Shown here: one piece after another, positions 6,958-14,025 of the stretch
Position numbering within the stretch: position 1 is the stretch's first letter
Layout of the letters: each line of letters starts with the position of its first letter
NCBI GenBank assembly: GCA_049599475.1
Contig: JBMYOQ010000096.1
Location: 1 to 14,025 of the forward strand
Direction of reading: 5' to 3'
Origin: Opitutales bacterium
GTDB lineage: Bacteria > Verrucomicrobiota > Verrucomicrobiia > Opitutales > JABSRG01
DNA length: 14,025 bases
Notes under the pieces: model-generated
What the model saw: only the letters and a program-made list of their open reading frames with translations
Database searches by the model: none
What the model was told of the DNA's origin: nothing
Made by a program: the position numbers and the translations under genes

Positions 6958-9528
6958 TTAGAGCTTCGGACGAATCTTTTCGATTTCGAAGACTTCGATA
7001 ATATCGCCTTCTTCGTAATCGTTGAAATCGAACAGGTGAACACCACACTCGTAGCCCGCACGGACTTCGCTGACGTCGTCCTTGAAGCGGCGTAGTGTAT
7101 CGACTTTGGACTCCACGAGCACCTTGTCCTTGCGGAGGACACGAGCCACCGCGTTGCGGTTGACAATGCCTTCGATGACCATGCAACCCGCGACGACGCC
7201 CTTTCTGCCCATTGGGAAAAGAGCGCGCACTTCGACACGGCCCACCTTCTTCTCGCGCTTTTCGGGCTCGAGGAGATCGGTCATCGCCTCGGTGACCAAA
7301 TCCAGCAATTCGTAAATAATCGAGTGCTGGTAAATATTGATACCGTGGTGCTTTGCCTGGCCCTGGACGCCGTTTTCAATACGTGTATTGAAGCCAAAGA
7401 TAGTCGCACCAGAGGTGGTCGCCATGGTGACATCCTTCTTGGTGATATGGCCTACGGAGCTGGAAACGATCTCCAAGTCGACCTTATCACTCTTGATTTC
7501 CATCAAGCTCTGGCGAATCGCCGCAAGCGAGCCCGATACGTCGGACTTCACGATGATTCTCAAGCTCTTCTTTTGCTGGTTTTCAATCGCAGCAAAGAGA
7601 TCGTCAATAGTTGCTGGTCCGCCTTCGCCATCGCCCTTCTGAGCGTTGCTCGCTTCGATCTTCATCGAGTGCAAGCGCTCTTCGGCAAGCTTCTTGGCAG
7701 CACGCTCGTTCTTCTGGCTTTCGAAACGCGTTCCGACAAACGGCGTATCCGACCAACCTGTCACGCTGACAGGAGTGCCAGGAGTAGCGCCCTTTACTTG
7801 TTGCCCCTTGTCATCCGTAAGAGAACGGACGCGACAATAAGCAGTTCCACAAATGATTGCATCGCCTCGCTTGAGAGTGCCCTTTTCGATGATAACGGTA
7901 GCTGTCGCACCTTTGCCCTGCTCGATCTGAGACTCGATAATAATCCCTTGCGGCTGTGCATTTGGATTCGCCTTCAGCTCCATGATCTCGGACTGCAGCG
8001 CAATCATCTCAAGCAGAGAGTCAATCCCCTCGCCCTTCAACGCCGACACAGGCACACACAAGGTCTCACCACCCCAGTCTTCAGGAGCAATGCCGCGCTC
8101 TTGCATTTGATTCATCACGCGGTCGACATTTGCACCTTTCGCATCGGTCTTATTGATCGCCACCACGATGGCATTCTGCGCCTTGCGAGCAAATTTTAAG
8201 GCCTCATCGGTCTGCGGCATGAAACCGTCGTCAGCTGCAACAACCAACACAGCGATGTCCGTGACATTGGCTCCCATTTCACGCATCGCTGAAAACGCTG
8301 CGTGACCCGGTGTGTCGATAAAGGTAATGATTTCGCCAGAGTCTGGAGATTTCACCTTGTATGCACCGATGTGCTGGGTAATGCCGCCTGCTTCGCCAGT
8401 GACTACGTTCCCCTTGCGAATCGCATCGACGAGAGTGGTTTTACCATGGTCTACGTGGCCCAATACACAGACGACAGGAGGACGTGGTTTGAGGAAACGT
8501 TCGCCATCCTCGCTAACCTTTTCCTTCTTCTTCTCGGGCTGAGCTTGTTGATCACCACGATGACGGACTTCAAGCTGAACACCGTATTTCACGGCAACGC
8601 GCTTCGCGACGTCCTCTTCAACAGCACCGTTCATAGAGGCAAAAATGCCCATTTCCATGAACTCAGCTATGAGACGGAAACTCTTCACGCCCAGCGTATC
8701 CGCGAGATCGCGCAGAACAACTGGAGGTTTCATGGTGACCTGGCGCAGCTTCGTAGTCGGCGCAGCATCCTCAGGAGTCCCTTCATCCGATGCGGATGGT
8801 GGCGCGGCCTTGCCAGGCGCAGATGGCGGAGCTTTTACGCTTGGAGCACTGATAGCCTTGGGAGCGCCAGGGCCTTTAGGTGCAGAGACAGGAGCTGGAG
8901 CCGATGCCTTTGGCGGCCCACCTACGGGTGGTACCTTAGGCGGCGCGGCCGGAGACGGGCTTGCACTGGCTGGAGGCGGCACCTTTGGAGCCGGTGCCGA
9001 GGCTGGAGCGGGCACCTTCGCCGGTGAGGCAGGTGGCGGCGATCCAGCTGCTTTGAAAGGCGGTGTCGTTCCGGCAGGAGGCGTTGGAGCCTTCTTCACC
9101 CCGGATGGAGGGGCGATATTGCCAGGTCCCTTAGCCTTCGGAATGGGAGGCGAGGCCGGAGCGGATGCTTGAGGCGGCTTGGGTGCGCTCTTTGCGACAG
9201 CAGCAGCCTTCTTAGCAGCTTCCTCTTCCTTCGCAGCTTTTTCGGCTTTGGCAGCCTCCTCTTTTTCCTTTTCGATATCGTCCTTCGTTCTCACGAAGAC
9301 TCCGGCTGGAGGTGCTACGGGCTTAGGCTTTTCTTCGGCCTTTGCAGGCTCTTTGGAAGCAGCAGCTTCCTCTTTCTTAGCGAATTCTTCTTTCAGCGAT
9401 TCAGCGCTGATATTATCGATAGTACTGGAAACGCTTTTTACTTCATATCCGCGATCGCGCAAAAGCTCGAGGAGGTCTTTGTTTTCCATCCCGATCTCTT
9501 TTGCCAATTGGTGTATCCGAATACTCAT
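6958..9528 (-). CDS. infB: Translation initiation factor IF-2 (856 aa)
   Basis: IF2-N ([11 protein letters not shown]), a Pro/Ala/Lys-rich linker, G-domain motifs [25 protein letters not shown] and NKTD, and C-terminal [10 protein letters not shown]. Confidence 0.99.
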   Translation of the reverse strand: MSIRIHQLAKEIGMENKDLLELLRDRGYEVKSVSSTIDNISAESLKEEFAKKEEAAASKEPAKAEEKPKPVAPPAGVFVRTKDDIEKEKEEAAKAEKAAKEEEAAKKAAAVAKSAPKPPQASAPASPPIPKAKGPGNIAPPSGVKKAPTPPAGTTPPFKAAGSPPPASPAKVPAPASAPAPKVPPPASASPSPAAPPKVPPVGGPPKASAPAPVSAPKGPGAPKAISAPSVKAPPSAPGKAAPPSASDEGTPEDAAPTTKLRQVTMKPPVVLRDLADTLGVKSFRLIAEFMEMGIFASMNGAVEEDVAKRVAVKYGVQLEVRHRGDQQAQPEKKKEKVSEDGERFLKPRPPVVCVLGHVDHGKTTLVDAIRKGNVVTGEAGGITQHIGAYKVKSPDSGEIITFIDTPGHAAFSAMREMGANVTDIAVLVVAADDGFMPQTDEALKFARKAQNAIVVAINKTDAKGANVDRVMNQMQERGIAPEDWGGETLCVPVSALKGEGIDSLLEMIALQSEIMELKANPNAQPQGIIIESQIEQGKGATATVIIEKGTLKRGDAIICGTAYCRVRSLTDDKGQQVKGATPGTPVSVTGWSDTPFVGTRFESQKNERAAKKLAEERLHSMKIEASNAQKGDGEGGPATIDDLFAAIENQQKKSLRIIVKSDVSGSLAAIRQSLMEIKSDKVDLEIVSSSVGHITKKDVTMATTSGATIFGFNTRIENGVQGQAKHHGINIYQHSIIYELLDLVTEAMTDLLEPEKREKKVGRVEVRALFPMGRKGVVAGCMVIEGIVNRNAVARVLRKDKVLVESKVDTLRRFKDDVSEVRAGYECGVHLFDFNDYEEGDIIEVFEIEKIRPKL

Positions 9529-9591
9529 ATTTTACTTCTTGTGCCTTTCTTGCTGAGCTGTGCTTTAGAATGTGAAACACTGAATCCACAA

Positions 9592-10848
9592 TTATTCTGC
9601 AGATGCTGAGCCCAAAAAGGCATTCACTTTTTCCAGTATCAAATTCGATTCTTCTTCGTTAAATCCGATTCCTACGAGGTCTACCGCGGTAACACCATCG
9701 AAAACCTCAGGGCTGACAAATCCACAATTTACCAGGCGTGACGCCAAGTCTTGATCGAGGCCAGGGATCTGCGCCAAGCCCTCTTCCGCACGGTCGACAC
9801 GCTCGTCGAATCCGACCTTGCGGACTTCTTCCTTCGCGATATCAAGCTTCCATCCGAGAAGGCGCGAGGTAAGGCGGGCATTCTGACCACGGCGACCAAT
9901 CGCTACCGAAAGATCATCTTCGGCCACTTCAAAATACATGAGATGCTTCGCGTGATCCAATTTGATATTCTTTGGAATAGCTGGCTTGAGCGCCTCTTCG
10001 AGCATCGCAATTGGATCATCGTAATGGCGGATGATATCAATTTTTTCTCCACCCAATTCACGAACGATGCTCTTCACGCGAGCGCCACGGGCTCCCACAC
10101 ATGCACCGACCGGATCAACTTTAGGATCCGTAGAGTCTACTGAAATCTTAGCACGGTATCCTGGCTCACGCGCCATGCTGCGGATAGTCACGGTGCCATC
10201 TGCGATCTCTGCTACTTCGAGTTCGAACAGACGACGGACAAACTTAGGACTGCCGCGAGAAAGGATCAAATCTGGGCCGCGATTCGTAGTTTCAATATTA
10301 GAGAGCAGGCAACGGATACGTTCACCTGGGGCGTAGTCCTCACCGGGGACACGCTCGCGGGGGGGAAGGATTGCCTCAGCTTTTCCTAGATCGACAACCA
10401 GATCACCGCGTTCGCGACGGCGAACGGTGCCTGTTACGATGTCACCCACTTGGTCTTTAAAATCGTCGAAAATGCGCTCTTTTTCAAACTGGCGGATGCG
10501 CTGCATGATCGCCTGCCGTGCAGTCTGCGCCGCGATACGTCCTAGGTAAGCGGGATCCATCTCCTGCTCCACATAGTCGTCTAGCTTAGGCTCTTCGACC
10601 CACTCCCCTGCTTTACTGATGTGTATTTCCAGAGCAGGGTCGCTCACCGAATCCACGATTCTCAGAAGCTTCCAAGCCTTGAGTGCGCCTGTACGAGGGT
10701 TGATCTCGATCTTCAACTCCTGTCCAGCATTCGCGCCGCGTTGAGCAGCATTCTTAATGGCAGCCGCGATAGTAGTGATCATGTCTTCGCGACTGATCCC
10801 TTTCTCCTTCTCCATATACTCTAGGACTGACAAAATTTCGTTACTCAT
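9592..10848 (-). CDS. nusA: Transcription termination/antitermination factor NusA (418 aa)
   Basis: [15 protein letters not shown]1 domain, [34 protein letters not shown] and one C-terminal acidic HhH-like repeat. ATG 10848 chosen. Confidence 0.98.
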   Translation of the reverse strand: MSNEILSVLEYMEKEKGISREDMITTIAAAIKNAAQRGANAGQELKIEINPRTGALKAWKLLRIVDSVSDPALEIHISKAGEWVEEPKLDDYVEQEMDPAYLGRIAAQTARQAIMQRIRQFEKERIFDDFKDQVGDIVTGTVRRRERGDLVVDLGKAEAILPPRERVPGEDYAPGERIRCLLSNIETTNRGPDLILSRGSPKFVRRLFELEVAEIADGTVTIRSMAREPGYRAKISVDSTDPKVDPVGACVGARGARVKSIVRELGGEKIDIIRHYDDPIAMLEEALKPAIPKNIKLDHAKHLMYFEVAEDDLSVAIGRRGQNARLTSRLLGWKLDIAKEEVRKVGFDERVDRAEEGLAQIPGLDQDLASRLVNCGFVSPEVFDGVTAVDLVGIGFNEEESNLILEKVNAFLGSASAE

Positions 10849-10869
10849 GACTGTAAAAGATGAACAAAT

Positions 10870-10895
10870 AAAAAAGCGGGTGAAAATACCCGCCT
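10870..10895 (-). terminator. Terminator-like attenuator hairpin in the nusA leader
   Basis: Minus strand AG-GCGGGT-ATTTTC-ACCCGC-TTTTTT, ending 21 nt before the nusA ATG and downstream of the predicted promoter. Confidence 0.75.
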
Positions 10896-10924
10896 CAAGC
10901 ACTTGTAGACTGTTGGGGTTACAG

Positions 10925-10952
10925 AAAGTAAAAATGAGGGGGCCTCTGTCAA
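10925..10952 (-). promoter_or_regulatory. Putative sigma70 promoter of the nusA operon
   Basis: Perfect TTGACA (10952..10947), 16-nt spacer, then TACTTT (10930..10925). Confidence 0.6.
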
Positions 10953-11090
10953 GGAACCCTTTAGGCTAATTGTAAAAAGCTGACCATTCTTACTCACGCG
11001 TGTTAGAAAACGAAACAATTCACACTTTCATTAGCCATTATTCGCATTCCTGCTTTGACCTTGGGTAAAAACTTGCTTTTGGGTACCCTC

Positions 11091-11792
11091 ATGAAACCAG
11101 TCGTCGCTATTCTGACTCTGTTACTCATCATCGCCCTCGGCTTGATGTTCTACGCGTTCTCTCAGTCGCAGTCCTCCTCCGAGCTCGCGGATGCAGCTCA
11201 GTTAAAAGAGCAAGAAGCGCTCGACGCTCTCGCCAAAGAAGAACAAATGGCCAAAGATGCTGAGGCTGCTAAGAAGGCTGCCGAAGAAGCAGCACGCCTT
11301 GCAGAGAAGGCGGCCGCCGAGCAAGAAGCTCAGCGCAAGGCAGCTATCGAAGCTCTGAATGCTAAACTCGAACAGGAAGCCGCCGCTCGCGCCCAAGCCG
11401 AAGCCGATGCGAAAGCACTCGCCACGCGATTAGGCGATCTCGAGGCCGCAATGAAGGCCGCGGAAGCGCGCCAAGCTGAGTTGATGAAGAAGCAAGAGGA
11501 GGCGCTCAAGGCTGCTCAGGCCGAGGCTGAGAAGCCAGATCCAGAGGCCGAGAAGAAAAAGGCAGAGCTGGCCGCGCTCCAGGCATCTCTGGATCAACGC
11601 AAAGCTGAACAAGAGAAACTAGCCATGGAGCTCGCTGAAATGGAGCGCAAGCGAGAGGAAGCCTTGAACAATCAAATCGCCATCGAAGAAGCCATAATCG
11701 AATCTGGCGGCGAAGTCACCATCAAGGGCTACATTTTCCGTTCACCTAATTACAAGCGCCACAACGCGGTAGGATTCCGCGGGGAGCTGTAG
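11091..11792 (+). CDS. Hypothetical membrane-anchored coiled-coil protein (233 aa)
   Basis: MKPVVAILTLLLIIALGLMFYAF signal/TM segment, a long Ala/Glu/Lys/Gln-rich helical stalk, a short non-coiled C-terminal tail and a downstream terminator. Confidence 0.85.
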   Translation: MKPVVAILTLLLIIALGLMFYAFSQSQSSSELADAAQLKEQEALDALAKEEQMAKDAEAAKKAAEEAARLAEKAAAEQEAQRKAAIEALNAKLEQEAAARAQAEADAKALATRLGDLEAAMKAAEARQAELMKKQEEALKAAQAEAEKPDPEAEKKKAELAALQASLDQRKAEQEKLAMELAEMERKREEALNNQIAIEEAIIESGGEVTIKGYIFRSPNYKRHNAVGFRGEL

Positions 11793-11816
11793 CACTCGGT
11801 ATAGTTCACATTTTCC

Positions 11817-11851
11817 AAAGCCGTTCGCGCATTTCGCAGGAACGGCTTTTT
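11817..11851 (+). terminator. Rho-independent terminator after the coiled-coil gene
   Basis: AAAGCCGTTC-(13 nt)-GAACGGCTTT-TT. Confidence 0.75.
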
Positions 11852-11959
11852 CATGCCTGCAGAAGCCTTTGAGCAAAGACTTGAAATCAGCGAAAACCTC
11901 TCTTTTATACCACGCTTCGATTTTCGAAAACATTTAGCATAAACCCAAGTAATACATAA

Positions 11960-13816
11960 ATGTCTACTGCAGCACCCGAAAAGCACGCATTCCAGGCTGA
12001 AACACAGCAAGTCCTGGATATCGTTATCAACTCTCTATACACCGACAAAGAGATCTTTGTCCGCGAGCTGATCTCGAATGCATCAGACGCCACTGAGAAA
12101 CTCCGCCACCTTCAACTGAAGGAAGAAGCCGTCTTCCAAGGCGACAAGGAGCTCGAAATTGAAGTAAGCTTCGAGGAAGAAGCCAAAACCATCACTATCA
12201 TCGACCGTGGTATCGGCATGAACCGCGACGAGCTGATGGAGAACCTCGGCACAATCGCGCACTCAGGTTCGAAAGCTTTCCTTAAGGCAATTGCCGAGGG
12301 AGGCACAAAGAACGAGAACGTCATCGGCCAATTCGGTGTTGGTTTTTACTCTGCGTTCATGGTCGCCAAGAAGGTAGAAGTCTTCACTCGCTCCTACCGT
12401 CCCGACGAATCAGGATTCGTATGGGTGAGCGAAGGTGCTGGCGAATACACAATCGAGCCAGCCAGCGAAGAGCTTGATCGTGGCTCTAAAATTGTCATCC
12501 ACCTTAAGGACGAATTCGAAGAATTCGCCAAAGACTGGAAGCTCAAGAGCATCATCAAAAAATACAGTGCCTTTGTACAGTTCCCGATCTCTCTCGGTGA
12601 TGAGAAGATCAATACAGTGCAAGCTATCTGGCTCCGCTCGAAGTCCGAGATCAAGGAGGAAGAATACAAGGAATTCTACAAATTCCAGTCCAACGCTTTC
12701 GACGAGCCGCTCACATGGATGCACTTCAGCGCAGATGCACCTCTCGCGATCAACTCGATTCTCTACGTCCCCACCGAGAATCCCGAGCGCCTTGGATTTG
12801 GCAAAAGCGAGCCAGCCGTAGCCCTACACTGCCGCAAAGTCCTGATCGACAGCAAACCGGACGGACTCCTTCCCGAGTGGATGCGTTTTGCAAAGGGTGT
12901 CGTCGACAGCTCTGACCTCCCGCTAAACATTTCTCGCGAGTCCATGCAGGACAGCTCTCTCATCGCGAAGCTCAACCAAGTCCTCACCAAGCGATTCCTC
13001 AAGCACCTCGCTGAAATTGCGAAGAAGGACGAGGAGCAATATGAGAAGATCTGGACGAATTTCGGAGTCTTCCTCAAGGAAGGTGTAGCGACAGACATGA
13101 CTCACCGTGATACTCTGGCCAAGCTCCTCCGCTTCGAGTCTTCATCAACCGAAAAGGGCAAGCTCACCACTCTCGAAGCCTACCTCGACCGCGCCAAAGA
13201 AGAGCAAAAGGAAATCTACTTCCTCTTTGGCCAAAATCGTGAAGCCATCGAAGCGGGTCCCTACCTAGAGGCATTCAAGGCACGCGACCTCGAAGTGCTC
13301 TACATTTACGAGCCAATCGACGAGTATGTGATGAACCACCTCCGCGAATACAAGGAGAAGAAGCTTGTATCCGGTGATCAAGACGATCTCGAGCTCGGCG
13401 AAGCAAAAGAAGGCCCCGAGGGCGAAGCACTCGCAGAGGAAGTCAGCACCAACCTGACAGCATGGATCAAGGAAAAGCTCGGCGACGAAGTGAAGGAAGT
13501 GAAAGTCTCTGACCGCCTCGTCGACAGCCCTGCCCTCGTCCTCAGCGGCGACAAGTTCATGTCTGCTCAGATGAAGCAAATGATGAAGAGCATGGGACAA
13601 GACGCAGCGATGCCTGAAGAAGGCGCCATCCTACAAATCAATCCACGTCACCCGCTCATCAAGAAGATTGCAGTTTCCTATGCAACACGCGGAGAGGAAA
13701 TGGAAGCCGTAGTAGCACAAATCTTCGATAACGCGAAAATGGCAGCAGGTCTCCTAGAAGATCCCAAAGACATGATCGCACGGATCTACAAGCTACTCGA
13801 AAAAGTCTCGGACTAA
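11960..13816 (+). CDS. htpG: Molecular chaperone HtpG (Hsp90)
   Basis: FQAE, LYTDKEIFVRELISNASDA, DRGIGM, NLGTIAHSGS, IGQFGVGFYSAFMV, GVVDSSDLPLNISRE and LQINPRHPLI. Confidence 0.99.
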   Translation: MSTAAPEKHAFQAETQQVLDIVINSLYTDKEIFVRELISNASDATEKLRHLQLKEEAVFQGDKELEIEVSFEEEAKTITIIDRGIGMNRDELMENLGTIAHSGSKAFLKAIAEGGTKNENVIGQFGVGFYSAFMVAKKVEVFTRSYRPDESGFVWVSEGAGEYTIEPASEELDRGSKIVIHLKDEFEEFAKDWKLKSIIKKYSAFVQFPISLGDEKINTVQAIWLRSKSEIKEEEYKEFYKFQSNAFDEPLTWMHFSADAPLAINSILYVPTENPERLGFGKSEPAVALHCRKVLIDSKPDGLLPEWMRFAKGVVDSSDLPLNISRESMQDSSLIAKLNQVLTKRFLKHLAEIAKKDEEQYEKIWTNFGVFLKEGVATDMTHRDTLAKLLRFESSSTEKGKLTTLEAYLDRAKEEQKEIYFLFGQNREAIEAGPYLEAFKARDLEVLYIYEPIDEYVMNHLREYKEKKLVSGDQDDLELGEAKEGPEGEALAEEVSTNLTAWIKEKLGDEVKEVKVSDRLVDSPALVLSGDKFMSAQMKQMMKSMGQDAAMPEEGAILQINPRHPLIKKIAVSYATRGEEMEAVVAQIFDNAKMAAGLLEDPKDMIARIYKLLEKVSD

Positions 13817-13845
13817 CTTTTGGGAATTCACACCCCCATTGAACC

Positions 13846-13875
13846 AAAGCCCTCCAGAAACGGAGGGCTTTTTTT
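13846..13875 (+). terminator. Rho-independent terminator after htpG
   Basis: AAAGCCCTCC-AGAAAC-GGAGGGC-TTTTTTT. Confidence 0.9.
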
Positions 13876-14025
13876 GCGCTCTTGGATACGAAACCGGTGG
13901 ATTTTACATTTTTTCTCAAAAGTATTTTCGGTTGTTCTGGTAAATCCACACTTTCAAAGAGCAGAAGTGATAGCAACTGTGTCGGGTTGTCTATGCATAT
14001 TCTAGTTTTTTGAGTAAAGATTGTA

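Noticed and set aside
7324..9172. Long plus-strand ORFs (291, 241 and 175 aa) opposite infB
   Set aside because: Antisense shadows of a conserved, codon-biased gene, with no recognisable motifs.
11790..11815. TAGCACTC, resembling a CIRCE left arm, upstream of htpG
   Set aside because: No GAGTGCTAA right arm after 9 nt (CACATTTTC instead). It overlaps the previous stop codon and lies upstream of a terminator.
11880..11910. CTTGAAA, a sigma32-like -35 element upstream of htpG
   Set aside because: No CCCCAT-like -10 at the proper spacing (CTCTCTTTTAT instead), so it is too weak to call.
13876..14025. AT-rich tail with minus-strand ORF 13659..13976 and a possible convergent gene end (..QSLLKKLEYA*, stop 13991-13993)
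   Set aside because: The ORF runs through the htpG terminator into htpG antisense, and the putative gene end is too short at the window edge to support.
1..14025. CRISPR arrays, tRNA/rRNA genes, transposases or integrases
   Set aside because: No regularly spaced repeats, cloverleaf or rRNA signatures, or recombinase motifs were seen.

Overview
A mostly core bacterial region. The organism is probably Verrucomicrobiota (Opitutia-like); this is inferred from gene order and protein style and is not verified. The minus strand carries a translation operon, nusA-infB-rbfA-DHH/NrnA-truB-ribF, with no rimP upstream. Further downstream are rpsU (bS21), a TIM-barrel isomerase/epimerase gene and a small lipoprotein gene. 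An AT-richer, oppositely oriented wHTH-nucleotidyltransferase/HEPN pair (MNT-HEPN, type VII toxin-antitoxin-like) with a tandem palindromic operator lies between ribF and rpsU. The plus strand also carries a DoxX gene, a membrane-anchored coiled-coil protein and htpG. The most notable signal is at rpsU. It has a very long Shine-Dalgarno element matching the typical 16S 3' tail, while the neighbouring core genes have essentially none, and its bS21 has an aromatic residue where Bacteroidota bS21 has its anti-SD-sequestering Tyr. This suggests bS21 autoregulation by anti-SD occlusion outside Bacteroidota. Also seen: a terminator/attenuator in the nusA leader, REP-like GTAG hairpins at the left end, and weak gene-cassette-like remnants.
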